DNA from: Rhizaria sp. SCN 62-66
Lineage: Eukaryota
Length of the DNA stretch: 64,000 nucleotides
NCBI GenBank assembly: GCA_001724265.1
Contig: MEDY01000127.1
Coordinates: 1-64,000 of the forward strand
Reading direction: 5' to 3'
Shown: positions 40,804 to 53,652 of the stretch, piece by piece
How the letters are laid out: each line of letters starts with the position of its first letter
How positions within the stretch are numbered: the first letter of the stretch is position 1
The notes under the pieces: model-generated
What the model saw: the letters and a program-made list of their open reading frames with translations, nothing else
Databases searched by the model: none
Told to the model about the DNA's origin: nothing
Made by a program: the position numbers and the translations under genes

Positions 40804-42337
40804 ATGGCAGGTCTTGTTCGAGTCCGTTGGGCTCGCTTGGCGACTGCACCCTTCGTCCTCCTCTGCCTCTGCCTCGCCGTGCTCTCTCTGTCTCTTGCTG
40901 CCACTGCGACTGCGGAGCCCAACACCCATTACGTGCGCGTTAACGGCGACGGCAGCGTGAAGCCCGCCGACCTCAGCGCACGCAACGCTGCCAGAGACGG
41001 CGCGCCTGATACCCCTGAGCGCCCCGCTCATGGTTCCGCCTCCGCTGCCGCTGCCTCCGCCGCCGCCGCTGCGGGCTACTCCGGTCGCGTCCCCTCCTCC
41101 ACCGGCTCCTCCGCAGCGAGCCAGAACAGCAAGAACAGCAACAACAAGCGCGCTGGCACCAGCTACGACAGCTCTATTGGCGGCGATGTAACTGCAACTG
41201 CTTCTGCTGATGACGACGAGTTCGCTGACACCGCGTTTAGCACCAACGTCGGCTGGAACGTCCACCGCCTGACCGACGCCGACTTCGACGTGCGCACCAA
41301 CTGGCGCGGCGACGCCCCTGTAGCCGCGGTGGGGTATGACAGCGACCGTGAGCACCGCCGCAACTGGCTGCTGGCCTTCACGGCGCCCTGGTGCGGGCAC
41401 TGCAAAACGCTCAAGCCTATCCTCAGCGACGTCGCGGATGCGCTCAAACGTACGATATACGCTCTAGAGAACGAGAAAATAGTGTATTGTATACTTCTAT
41501 GCCTTGATTATGTAAATTTAGCTTGTTATTTGTTACTGTTATGATTTAGACACTCATGCAAACTTTGGACACTTTTGCTGTTTGCTTTCTGTCATCATTA
41601 GCGCAAGGCATCAACGTCGCCGAGATCAGCTCCGAGGACTCCCCCGCTCTGCTCTCGCGCTTTTCCGTTGAGGGCTACCCCACTCTCATCTACATCTCGC
41701 AGCCCGCAACCAACAGCCACAACGCCGACACCAGCAATGCTCCGAGCGCCAAGGCCGCTGCGAAGCTCGCAATGATGCACGAGTACCCGGCCAACAAGCA
41801 GCGCAGCTTCCGCGAGTTGACCGCGTTTGCCACGGGCGGCTTCGCTGAGTCAGCGGCCAAGCCCATCCCGGCGCTGCCGTCGTTCCTGACCGTGCTCTTC
41901 GCAGAGGTCAAGCAGGCCACAGACGACATTTCCGTACGTTAGTGTTAATCTTCAGGAAGAAGCCTTGCCAAAATGATCCAACTTGTATTATAGTATATTT
42001 TCATTGTTTTGTATCTGATATCCGAATTTTGCAGTCTATAGTTCTTATATTCGAGCTTTAAACGCGTTTTTCGTCGCTTGCTTAGAGTTTGATGCTTGGT
42101 CGCCCGGACTTGGCTCTGTTCTACCTTTTGACCGGCGTTGTCATCGGTGTCATGCTCTCGACCCTGCTCTTTACGCACTGCATTGCGGGCCACTCTGCCA
42201 AGATGCTTGCTGACTCAGCGGCGGGTGCGCGCGCGATCGCTAAGCTGCCCACAGTCACTGGTGCCGCTACGAACAGTGGTGGCGCTGCGGCTGTGCCAGC
42301 GCCTGTTGCTGTCAAGCCCGCAAAGAAGTCCGATTGA
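40804..42337 (+). CDS. ER thioredoxin-domain transmembrane protein (TMX/PDI-like), exons 40804-41449, 41602-41933, 42086-42337 (~409 aa)
   Basis: N-terminal hydrophobic signal, WLLAFTAPWCGHCK active site, RFSVEGYPTLIYI, C-terminal TM helix (LALFYLLTGVVIGVMLSTLLF) and terminal KKSD di-lysine ER-retrieval motif; ends TGA. Confidence 0.9.
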
Positions 42338-42619
42338 TCGAATCTAATCACGAATCTTCGCAAAAATATGCAGAATTTAGTGCTTGTGTCTGAATTAGTG
42401 TTGGTTTATCTTATTTGTTTTAGTGTCATCAAAGTATGTTGGCCAGGTTTAGAGAGTAGAGATGGCCATAATACATCAAATATTGGTAGGAATAGTTTTT
42501 GTAGATGTATTTCATTAATCTTTTTTACTGGATTGCGAGTTTAATCACACAATGTGCTGTTGACTAATTATTCTTTTCTATGTAAACACGGCGACGCATC
42601 AAACATGGTGTTGAGGCAC

Positions 42620-45600
42620 TTAGCGCAGCAGGTTGATAAGATCAGCTGGCAAGTCTAGCCCCAGCAGCTGCTGCTTCAGCTCTTGCAGCCCTTGCTGCTG
42701 CTGTCCCGGGCTCTGTTGCTGTTGCTGCAGTGATCTCAACGATGACGTTTCGTCACTGGGGACCGTGGGCAGCGGCAGCCCCGGCATGGCTGAGATCGGC
42801 GACGGCACAGTACCTGTGGCACCTGTGGCGCCCACGGTCATCTTGGCATCGGGACTCGTCGCGGAACCCGAGCCAGGCAGAGTCCCCGTGCTGCTCACGG
42901 TCACCCCGCGGGATCCATGCTGCGTGATCCCACTGGGTGTCTTGACCACGTCCCCGTCGTCATTGTTGTTCTTGTTGTGATCGCGGATGTGAAGAGTGTT
43001 ATAGTTCTCCGGACTCGCCACAGGGGGGGCCGTAACTGTAATCACGGCCGCGTCAGCCTTGCCCGCGCCCGCATCGCCGTTGCCCGCGCCCGCATTGCCG
43101 CTGCCGGCGTCGTCGCTGTTGCGCGACCCCGACCCAGGGGACGTGATGCTGTGGGCTGAGGCGAGAGTCGCCGTCGGAACTGGCGGCAGCGGCAGCGGCA
43201 GCGAAGGGGACTGTGACAGCGAAGGCCGCCGCAGTCCGGGCGGCTTAACCGGGGTACTCACATTCGAGCTGCTGCCACCACTTACACTTAACACGCCAGA
43301 TGTGAGTACTCTCGACGGCACTCTCGGCGTCACAACAACATTGCCAGCATTCATGTTAGCGCCCACGTTGCTGTTGACATTGTTGTTGTTGATGCTGTTG
43401 ATGCTGTGAGGCTCGTGTTGTTGTTTCGCGCCACTGATCTCGGCCTGGTACTGCCGCTGCTTCATCCCAAACTCCTTCTCGCGCTTCACCGCGGCCGCCA
43501 CGGCCCTCGCTGCGGCCAATACCTCCGCTTTCGTCCCCAATGACTGCGGAGCACCGGGCACATCGCACACGCTGCCGCGCGACACGGCAAACACGCCCGG
43601 GATAGAAGGATTACTCCCAGCGTCACCGCGGATATCGTTGTCGTTCTTTGACAGGGTCGCGGCGGAGAGCGCGGCCGTGGGGTCAAACGCGGCCGCTGCG
43701 GAAGTTACACCGTCACCAAACATCGAAGTTAAGCCGCGGGACCCGTTGTCAAAGGCACTACTGGTGGCGGATGGTGGTGGCAAGATACCGAGCGAGATCA
43801 ACGCCTCAGTGTTTGCGCAGAGTGTCGCCGACAGACCACTTGGAGCTGGGTTCAAAGAGCTGTTGTAGCTCGAACTCACCGGCGTCTTGATATTGTTTTT
43901 GTTCCCACTGTTTACGTCCATGATCATCATACTTACATTGCTGCCGTTCTTAGGCTTGCGTGGCGTCGAAGTGGCGGATGGCTTCGTCTCTGCGCCAGGA
44001 CCGTCAACAGCATCATCAGCATCAGCAGCCTTTGTATGATCGATTAAACCAACGCCACGCGTCGCGTTGTATCCGCCGCTGCCGCCAGACGGCTGATGCT
44101 GCTGCTGCCGTTGCTTTACAGGCGTGCTCTGCACACTCGCATTCCCCACCGCACTGTTCACGGTACTAGCATTCGCATTGACGTTGGCGTTGTTGATGAC
44201 GGTCGACAGAGACAGGTTATGCGCGGTATTGTTGTTCAACACACGCGCAATGATGTCCTGTGTACTCTCACCTTTTGCATTCACCAGTGCGCTGTCGATG
44301 GCTCTCGCGATCGCAGCTACCGTCCTCGGTGACAGCTGCTGCTGCTGCGTTCCAGAGTGACCGTAAGCAGAGTGAGAGTGACCGTGGGCGTCGGCCGATA
44401 CGTGACCGTGGGTCGCCGTGTAGCTGGGGTCGTTGAGAATGCTGTTTGCGCTGTTGTTGGTGTGCGAGAGCGCTGATGTAATGAACGACAGCAGCGCAGG
44501 GTGACTGCTGTACAGCAGCTGCAACCGTGACGGCAAGAGCGCTTGCGCCTCTGTCTCGGCCTCGGCTCCGGCGGACTCGACCTTCGCTTCAGTCTCAGTC
44601 TCCAGAACAGGGTTATCGAGCGGCTTAGGCGTTCGCGCACTGGTGGTTGAGGTCGACGCTGTCACAATCACGGTGCCGGGGGCCTTCGTCGCAGCGCCAG
44701 CCGCCACACGGGGCGACTGGTGACCGTGAGCATCAGCGGGGTGGCCGGGACTGCTGCTCGCAATAGGGCTCGAGGTGGGTCTGTGCACCACACGCGTCTG
44801 CAACTGCGGCGGCGAGTCCCCGTGACCGTGAGCAGCATGGGTTCCCGCACCCGCACCCATGCCAGCGCCAGTGCCGCCCGCAATGACAGGAGCAGCGGCC
44901 GCATTGAGCGGGCTCGTGCACGGGCTCGGACCGAGGATGGTGGTGTCGCCGCCGTTGCTCAAGTCGCCAGCGAGACTGCTATCGCTGTGCGCATTAGGGT
45001 TCACACCGATGTAGCGATTCGCGTCATTGTTGTTATTGGCGTTGTTGTTGTTGTTGTAGTTGTTATAGTTGGAGTGAAATGGCATGATATGCGTGCCCTT
45101 GTTATCCGTCCACACCGTCGTCGCCCCTCCTACAGTTCCGGCGCCGCCCACGGTCCCAGTGCCGCCGACAGTGGTACTTAGACTCGCAGAGGGATCTAAG
45201 TGGCCGCCGCCATGCTGCTGGTCTAAGTACCTCTGTGCCGCGGGTCTCAGTGGTTCCGCGTGTGTTCCTCCAAGGTACTTACTCACGAGCGCGCGCGGGA
45301 ACGATGTAAGGGGTTCTCCGCCGTTGGCTGAGGAGGATGTAAGTGCCTGGCCCGATGTAAGGGGCGGGAACGAGGCGAGCGAGGGAGGGGACGGGGGACC
45401 GTAGGTGCTTTCGTTGATCGCCGATGATGCTGTCGCATAAGGCGGCCTCTGGTGGTGGCTGTGGGCGTCAGCATAGTGACTGTGGACAGCGGCATCGCGA
45501 CGGTGACCAGGAGCGGGAGGATGACTGTTAGCAGCAACGGGAGCAGGGGCGTAACTCGGCTGCGCAGTGTAGGTGCTCGGGGGGTGGCTGTGGGCAGCGT

Positions 45601-46537
45601 TGTGACTGCGAGACGAATAGTTCGCATAGTTCGAGCGTAGCGGCATTAACGACGGCCCTTTGCTGCTGCTGCTGCTGCTGTTACTCTTATTCTTGCTCTT
45701 GCTACCACTGTCGCGACCGCCACCGCTGCTGCTGCTGCTGCTGTTGTAGTTGATGCTCGGGCTACTGTAGAAGTTGCTGTTGCTGTTACTGCTATAAGGC
45801 TTGCCACTGCTGCTGCCGTTGCTAACCAACGGCATTAGCCTCGGCTGCTGCTGTTGCTGCTGCGGCTGAGGCCGGCTGTGCCCCTGAGCAGGAAAGGGGA
45901 CATACGCAGAGCTAAGACCGGCATTAACGTTCACATAGGAGTTAGCATACGTCGGGCTAGTGCTGCTGCTACTGCTGCTGCTGGTGTTGTAGTTGGTGTT
46001 GCTGCTGTCATTATAAATATAGTTGGTGTTATGGTTGGTGAGTCTCGGCGGGGTGACTTCGCGAGGCCTCAGCCTCTTTTGCAGCTGCTGCTGCTGCGGC
46101 TGCTAGCTCGCATGGATGCTGTTGTTATCGCTGTCGCTGTGGTGATCAGACCCCGCCGCAGCAGCAGCCGCAGCCGTAATAGTCGCAGTTGCAGCGTTGG
46201 TAGTCCTAGCGGTGACAGGTACACTGGGCACAACGACGGAGGCGGGTGTTGCGAGGATGTACCGCTGCGACGGCGACAGCGGCGGTTGCACGGTGTACGC
46301 TGCAAACGGCTGCTGCGCGCTGAACGCGCTGGGAGCGGGGGCAAGAGCTGAGACCGAGGCTGAGACGGAGGCGGGCGCAACAGCAGGGGCAGCAGCGGGC
46401 GCGGGGGCAGCGAAGGCGTGGATGCCGGTGCCGGTGTCCCAGCCGTTCGAGTTCCCGGCTGCAAACCCGTGCGTGCGCGCAGGGGATGCGGCGTGCGCGG
46501 GGTTGTGGGGTGATAACCCGCCCGCGTGTGCCATCAT
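42620..46537 (-). CDS. Uncharacterised low-complexity protein (~1305 aa) with one in-frame TAG at 46103-46105
   Basis: ORFs 46103-46537 and 42620-45934 are in the same frame, separated only by a TAG followed by 56 open codons (QPQQQQLQKRLR...); ends TAA. No recognisable domain. Confidence 0.7.
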
Positions 46538-47044
46538 TGTGAATGCGTGTGCGAGGGAAGGCTAAGAAAGGAAAAGAGCTGTTACAGACGAGAGGGCGCG
46601 TTTGAAATTGACAGAGCACAGGGAAATGCTATGAGCGTCTTTTCAAATAATAAAATAAGAACACGTAATTTACACCAAATAAGTTTCAAATAATCCAGTT
46701 TCGTGCTACATGACGGTCTCCGTGCTGATATTTCCTTGTAAATAAATTGTGGCCACACACCACCTTAACCGCCCGCGCGCCACGTCCCGCCTTGATCAGG
46801 CTTCATTGTTTTATATCCCCAGAACGCATTTCATCGTCTATCTTAGTATATCACACGTTTTTGAGGTTGAAACACGCGTATGCGTTTGATCACTTTATTA
46901 TATTCTCACAACTCTGTATCTTCCCCGTTTATTCACTTAAAGTCACCCCCGCAAGCGTCCCACCCAGCGCACACCCCCCACCACCGACACCAGCAGCGTC
47001 CCGCAACTTAACCTGCGCGCCCCCCCGCGCCCGCCCCGTCCCCC

Positions 47045-48787
47045 ATGCGGCTCAGCTTTACCATCAGCAACGTGCAGCTCTTCCTGCGTTTCTTGCTCGC
47101 CGCGAGTGTGTACACGGACACGGCGCTGCTCGAGGTGGCTCCGCACCGCATGCGCGTGCATGCCGGTGACGACCCCGCCACGAAGCGCAACACACACCTT
47201 TTCCTCGACTTCGCGCTCCCGCCCGCCGCCATCCGCGGCGCCGCGCCGCTGCCGCCCGCCGAGGCCAACCACCCGTCTGTCTTCTCGGCCTTCTCGTGCG
47301 ACCCTGGCGCGGACGCCACGTCGCTGACGATCGAGCTGCCGTCATTGATGCCGCTCATCACCACGCTCGCCGAGGCCGCCAAGTCGGGCGCCGCCGTTGA
47401 CGCCAGCCTCATGCGCGACCCCCGCACGCTGATCATCTGTCTCAGGCTTAACTACTACCCGCCGGACGCAGGCACCGGCTCCCATCCCGCCGCCGGTGCC
47501 GCGTCGATGACTGTGAGCGGCACGGGTTCCGTCCCCGCGCTCATCATTAAGCAGGCCATCATCGAGCGCCGCCACTGGCCGCTCGTCTTGTGCGACTCCC
47601 CGCGTCCACTCATCGTCATCCTAGAGGATTTCCAGGCCGTGCTCAACGCGTTTGACGCCATTGCGAAGTTAGGCCGCACCGTGACGCTGACTGCGGACAC
47701 TGCGACAGGGAACCTCTACGCTAAGGCGAGCCTCACGACTGCAGCTACCGCTGGCAGCGGCGGCGGCGGCGGCGGCAGCGGCAGCTATACCAGCAGTTTC
47801 AATCGCGCCGACCGCAATGATGACGACGACGCCAACGACACGGGCGGCTCGAAACGCCACTTCTCCGGCGCTGCTGCTGCCGGCGATGCTGTTGGTGCGG
47901 AGAGCGGAGAGGTTGTGCTGACGATTGGTAACGCCAACCCTCTGGTGACGGCGCGCTACATGCTCAACTTCATCGATAAGCTGTCGCACTTGTCGGTGGG
48001 CCAGTCTGCTGCGAAGCAGGCAAGGCTCGCGAGGTATTTGCGCGCGAAGCGGCTCCGTAAGCAGCAGCAACAAGAGCAAGAGCAACAACAGCAGCAGCAA
48101 AGCAACGCTGCGAGCGCAAATAGCTCCAGTTCAAGCAGTTCTAGCTCTAGCTCTAGCGCAAGCACAAACGCGAGTGCTAGTGCGAGTGTCGAGGCAGCTC
48201 CTGGTGCTGCGGCAATGAAGACGGACCCTTATGCGGCCAATAGCAACAACAATGTCAATGACAATAGCAGCGCGAATGCGAGTGGGTTGACGCCGACAGG
48301 TACTGCTGCTGCCCCCGCCAACGCCGCCAACAGCAACAACAGCGCTGACACGACGAGTGCGAGTGTGAAGGCGAAACAAAGTGCTGAAAAGGACCGCAGT
48401 GACGGCAAGTCTAACGCCGACGACCACAAGTCAAACACCGGCGCAACTAACCCTCGCGCTGACAACGCGAGTGCGAATACTAGTGCGAGCGCGAATCATG
48501 ACGGCGACAGCGACAGCGAGTGCGCGAGCGACCTCGACGACAATCCCGACGAGGACGAGGACGACCCCGGCGCGCAGTACAAGGACTGCACGCTCATCGT
48601 CCCCCCGCGCACGGCGAGTGTGACGTTAGATAGCGCGATGATGGGCGCTCTATGCGGGTTGCGGCGCACCAAGAGCGATCAGGCGTGGCTTATTCTCGCC
48701 GGGAATGTCGTCGTGTGCTATGTGTCGGCGTCGGACGGTGCAGATCTGCTTGTGTACTTGCCTGCGGTTGCCACTGCGGACATGTGA
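47045..48787 (+). CDS. HUS1: Checkpoint clamp (9-1-1) subunit HUS1-like (580 aa, with large low-complexity insert)
   Basis: MRLSFTI...TALLEVAPHRMRV, IIERRHWP..PRPLIVIL...AIAKLGRTVTLTADTATGNLYAK, and C-terminal ASVTLD...LLVYLPAV match the layout of Hus1/Mec3 proteins; ends TGA. Confidence 0.72.
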   Translation: MRLSFTISNVQLFLRFLLAASVYTDTALLEVAPHRMRVHAGDDPATKRNTHLFLDFALPPAAIRGAAPLPPAEANHPSVFSAFSCDPGADATSLTIELPSLMPLITTLAEAAKSGAAVDASLMRDPRTLIICLRLNYYPPDAGTGSHPAAGAASMTVSGTGSVPALIIKQAIIERRHWPLVLCDSPRPLIVILEDFQAVLNAFDAIAKLGRTVTLTADTATGNLYAKASLTTAATAGSGGGGGGSGSYTSSFNRADRNDDDDANDTGGSKRHFSGAAAAGDAVGAESGEVVLTIGNANPLVTARYMLNFIDKLSHLSVGQSAAKQARLARYLRAKRLRKQQQQEQEQQQQQQSNAASANSSSSSSSSSSSSASTNASASASVEAAPGAAAMKTDPYAANSNNNVNDNSSANASGLTPTGTAAAPANAANSNNSADTTSASVKAKQSAEKDRSDGKSNADDHKSNTGATNPRADNASANTSASANHDGDSDSECASDLDDNPDEDEDDPGAQYKDCTLIVPPRTASVTLDSAMMGALCGLRRTKSDQAWLILAGNVVVCYVSASDGADLLVYLPAVATADM

Positions 48788-49323
48788 GGATGCAAGTACA
48801 TGTACGAACATTCGCCGCGCACTTGTGACGACCTTAGTGCTAAGCGTCATACGCCGGTGTAATTGGGTACGTAGGAGGCTTGTGGATTAATAATAGTGTC
48901 GTTTGGAATATAATGAGGTAATTGATACTATATGCGAATTTTGTTCAGATTGTAGTTCAGTAAGAGCTATTTTTACTTAGTAACATGTGATGCTGCCTCG
49001 ATTGGCCACAAGTGCTTGCCACGCGGCAACGGCCACAGTGTGAAACAAACTGCGAGGCCGATTGAAAAACATACATAACTCTATGGGTAGACCGTCATCA
49101 CAAGTTACATTTGACTATTAAGATTGTAACACTAATTGGTATTTGTTGTCTTGTTTCTTTGCTGCATGAACTTGATATTTGTTCTCTCTGCACATCCGGA
49201 AGCTAACCTCGTTGCTGTGTCTTTTCCATTCGGTATTGCTTCGTTGTCCAGCCTTCTACTACTGGACCCCTCGTTCTGTTCCGACTGGCTGCCGATCACA
49301 AAGCTGCTCTCTGCACCGGAAAG

Positions 49324-52300
49324 ATGGCCACGCATCGGTTGACTCGGGTTTTCGCCCGTATTCAGCGCGCATGCAACGCCGCAGTCCTTCCCTTTTCTCC
49401 TGCGTCTGCTCTTGCTCCTGCACATGCAGTTGCATCGACATCGACTTGTAACACACCGAGTGCTGCTACTTCTTCTTCTCCTCACGCATCACCGGCACCG
49501 AGCGCTGGTGTTGTGTGCGATGTTGCGACTGCGCGCGCAATCTTTCTCGCTGCTCTTCGCACCTCGCTTTCTCGCAGCGAACACGTTTCTCAAGCAACAT
49601 TCAACAGTACAAGCAGTGCTGCTAACGCGGCTGCTGTGATGATTGCTGGCACTAGCGCGGGCGCATTTGCAACATCTATGTTCAAGCCTAGCCATGCTGT
49701 GCTCGCCCAGTCTAAGAAGCACCAGAACAAACACAGCAACAGCAACAGCAACAGCAACAACAATAGCAACGGAAACGACTCTGATAGCAAGTCGACTCTC
49801 AACAGCGCTGCTGATGGCCAGCCGACCGCTGCCGCGAATGCCAGCGCCGCCGAGCCTCCCAGCAAGCGCGCGTCTCTGGCCACTTCTGCCCGGTCGCTCT
49901 TCTCCCGCATCCAGTCCGCCGCCAACACCATGAACGAAGCCAACCCCAAGAACCCTAAGAACAGCAGCAACAACAAGAGCATGGCCAGCGCTAGCTCCTC
50001 CCCTGCCGGCGCGCCTTTCGCCGACCTGCGCGAATATAAGCCGCTGTCCCCGCATCCGAACGCGGGCGCGGGCGCGGGGTCGCGGTCCGCCCACGCCCGC
50101 CACCAGCAGTTCCAGCAACAGCAGCAGGCCAAGGCGGAGGCGGCGAACCCGGTGGTGCCGATGCCCAAGATGGGCTTCCCGGTCATCGGGCTCGTGCTGC
50201 TGGTGCTGGTGCCGGTGTTGCTGGCCGCCGCGCAGAGCCCTCGCGCGCAGGCGCAGTCGCCGGAGAGCTACGACAAGACGTACGGCAGCAAGGACTCGAG
50301 CAGTGAGAATGCTGTTAATGCGAGTGCGAGTGGGGGCAGCGTATATTAGGCGAACCGTCTTCCGAATAACGACGATCACACCGCGAAAGTCCCTTCAGCA
50401 AGCGCCAACAACAGTAAGAGTGTCGTATCCGTTGTCGAGAGCTCAACAACAACAACAACAACGATCACGACGACGACGACAGTGTCCGACACTGCGACGG
50501 GGGAGACCGGTGATCTCAACAGCGGCAGCAGCAGTGACCATGAGCAGCAGCTTAGAGCGCCCCTGCACCGGACTGCCCTCAGCACATAGGCAACTAGACT
50601 CCCATTAAACTCCCACAATAACAACACTGCCAGCGATGAGGTACGTACAGTGAAGGCGCGTGCGCTGTCGCTCGCCTACTTAGCCTGTGTCGCTGCCCCC
50701 ATGAAGCTGTTGGCGGCCACGGCGCGGTCGCTGCGCTTTACGATCCTCTTGATCCGCTTCCTGCCTCTCTTGGCGCTCGTCGCTGTCTGCTACGCGATTC
50801 CGCCCCCTCTTTACGACCAGTCGCACAGCGGCGCTGCGAACGAGGGCGAGCGGCGACCTAACTTTTACGAGCGGCTAACTTTATTCACCAACACGGCGCT
50901 CACGCGCGCGCTGGCCCGCAGCGGCCCCGCGTTCGTGAAGCTCGCGCAGTACGCATCGACGCGGCCCGACGTGTTGCCACACGCGCTGTGCACGCAGCTG
51001 GGCGCGCTGCAGGACGACACGGAGCCGCACTCGTGGGCCGAGAGCGAGAAAGCGCTGGTGAGAGCGCTCGGGGAGGACTGGGAGGATGTGCTTTGTATCA
51101 GCGAGCATGATAAGCTCAAACCGGTCGGATCTGGGTGTATTGCGCAGGTCTATATGGGCAAGATGCGTTCTCCTGACAAGAAAGCGACCAAAAGCAGCAT
51201 TATGACGTACAGTGCTCACCAGAACGCTGCTCACAGTCATACCTGCTCTGCTCACGGTCACTTCGCGTCGGCCGATGCGGATAGGTTTGACTGGGATGAC
51301 GTTGCGATCAAAATCATCCACCCGTCGGCACAATGGGTTCTCTCCCGTGACCTGGCCATTGTGCGCACTATCGCACGTCTTGCATGCTATATCCCGCCGC
51401 TGCGGGATTTTTTTGCACTGATGCCGCCCTTGCAGCTCGTGCACGAGTTCGAGCTGCTGATGTAGTGCCAGCTTGATTTGCGGCACGAGGCCGAGAACAT
51501 CAACATGATGCGGCTTAATTTCGGGCTTGATACCCCGCAGTCACTGCAACTCCGCAGCAAGGGGTACATCACCAGCAACAGTAGTAGTGGTCTCCGCAAT
51601 AGTGTTAATGCTCCTCCTAAGTCCCGCTCCTCGTCGCTGACTGCTTCTGCAGCCTCTACAGCTCACGGTCATCAGAGCGGGCAACAGGCACCTTCGCCCG
51701 AGGCTGGCTATGTGTTCAGCCCCGTGCGCGCCATCGTACAACACCCGTCGTCTCCGTTCAGCATCGAGTTCCCTTCTGTCTACACGGCCACGCCCAGTGT
51801 GTTGGTGGAGCGGTTTCACTGGGGACTGCCGGCGTCGCACCTCATCGCGTCCACGCTGAGTGACCGTGAGCTGGAAGAGCACGCGACGGACTATGAGCAA
51901 CAGAAGCTCGGTTTGAACAGTGGCAGTGGCAATATTAGTGGCAGCGACGCGAATAAGAAGATCGATGCCAGCAGGGCGCAGGAAGTTAAGCCGCCGTCGA
52001 CAACGTCGTTGCAACACCTGCTGTTGCGTAACATGACGGTACAACAGCGCGAGACCGTTGCGAAAGAGGTTGCTGCCACCGGTCTCAACGCGTTTCTGCT
52101 GATGCTATTCCGCCACGGGTATTTCCACGCTGACTTGCACCCCGGCAACATCATCATCGATCTCGGATATGACTGGCCACCACCTTGCACGGTCACTGTG
52201 CGTAACAGCAGCGAAACCCACAGTCAGTGCAGCGAATGCGCCCACAGCAGCCGCCCCGCTGCCACCCGTGGCGCTCACAGGCACTACGACACGGCGACGG

Positions 52301-53508
52301 TGACGTCTGCGACTGAAAGCGACATTAGCAGTTGTCTCGACGCGTTGGCTACGGTGCATGTGTCAGACGACGCAGCTGCTGCCAGCGCAAAGCAAGCGAA
52401 CCAAGAGCAGCTACACTACGTCAACACCATTCTTCACAGCAACAACACGGTCACAGACTTTCGCAGTAGCAACGGCAACAACGATACTGCAATTGATAAC
52501 GTGAGTGTTCGCCCTGTGGCTACTGCAATCAAGGCATCTGTGTCATCTGTGCTGTCATCTCTCTCACAGACAGTTGCTGCGGCACTCTGTGAGAACAGCG
52601 TTTACAGGCAGTTCTACAACAGCATGGCTTGCAACGCGCCGTCGCTCACCCTCAAGCTCGGCCTGCCTACGCCGACCTCGACCTCAAACAACGATGACAC
52701 GCCTGCGGACACCAGCGGCGGCTTAACTTCGACCACGGTTGATGCTCTCGTCTTCGAGCCAGCGTTGCCGTTCGCCCCGTTGACAATGTTCCCATCCACC
52801 GTGTTCCAAGCCTTACACCCAAACGACTCGCGCTTACACGAGGCCTTTGCCGCCGACCACCCCTTAGCGTACCAGGCGTGGTACTTAGCCCACGGTCTCC
52901 CGCTGCCCCCGCGCCAGCCGCGGCTCATTCTCATCGACGCCGGCATGACAACCCCTCTGCTCGACAGCGAAATGGTCAACTTCCGCGACTTGTTCTATGC
53001 TGTTGCGCTGGGCAGGGGCAAGGAGGCCGCGGAGATGATGGTCGACCGCGCCCCCACGCGGCCTAACTTACCGCCACGGAGCCCGGAGTCGCGACAGCAG
53101 TTTGTCGACACGGTCTCGGCGTTGATCGACAAGGCCGCCAGCGCGGGGTTCAAGCTCTCCTCCCTCGGCGTGGTCGAGACGCTGCAGGGCCTTGTCACCG
53201 CTGCCAGGACGCACCTCGTGCCGCTGGATCCGGCGTTTCTCTCTGTCATCGTCGCTGTGACGGTGACCGAAGGCGTCGGCCGCTCGCTCGACCCCAACGT
53301 CGACATCGTGACGCCGGCGATCACTGTCGTGGCCAAAGCGAGGATTGATGAGCTGTTGGCGCAGCAGACGTGCAACTTAAGCCGCCTGAAGAGGCTTGGC
53401 GGCATGGCGGGATATAACACGAGCACTGTCGAGGGCGCTCTTGCAGAGACCGCGGCGGACGCCACTGTGGGGGTTGAATCTCCCGCAGCTGAGAAGAAGA
53501 CTGAGTGA
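49324..53508 (+). CDS. ABC1/UbiB-family atypical kinase (ADCK2-like, ~1394 aa) with three in-frame TAG codons (50347, 50587, 51463)
   Basis: SGPAFVKLAQYASTRPDVLP, LGALQD, PVGSGCIAQVY, VAIKIIHP, EFELLM*CQLDLRHEAEN, FLLMLFRHGYFHADLHPGNI, LILIDAGM, EGVGRSLDP. Presequence-like basic N-terminus; ends TGA. Confidence 0.9.
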
Positions 53509-53652
53509 CGGATTAACGATCAACCGCCTGTAATTTATTCAACGAATCTTCATAATTTATTCTGTAACGTCATATTGTTATGATATCAATATGAATACAC
53601 ACTATATAGCTTATCTTCCTGAAGTAAATCTTTTGTCAAGTACCCAACATGA

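Noticed and set aside
50641-50683. GTACGT at 50641 as an intron donor in the ABC1 gene
   Set aside because: Nearby AGs give implausibly short, frame-breaking introns; the frame is open through it and it would not remove any TAG.
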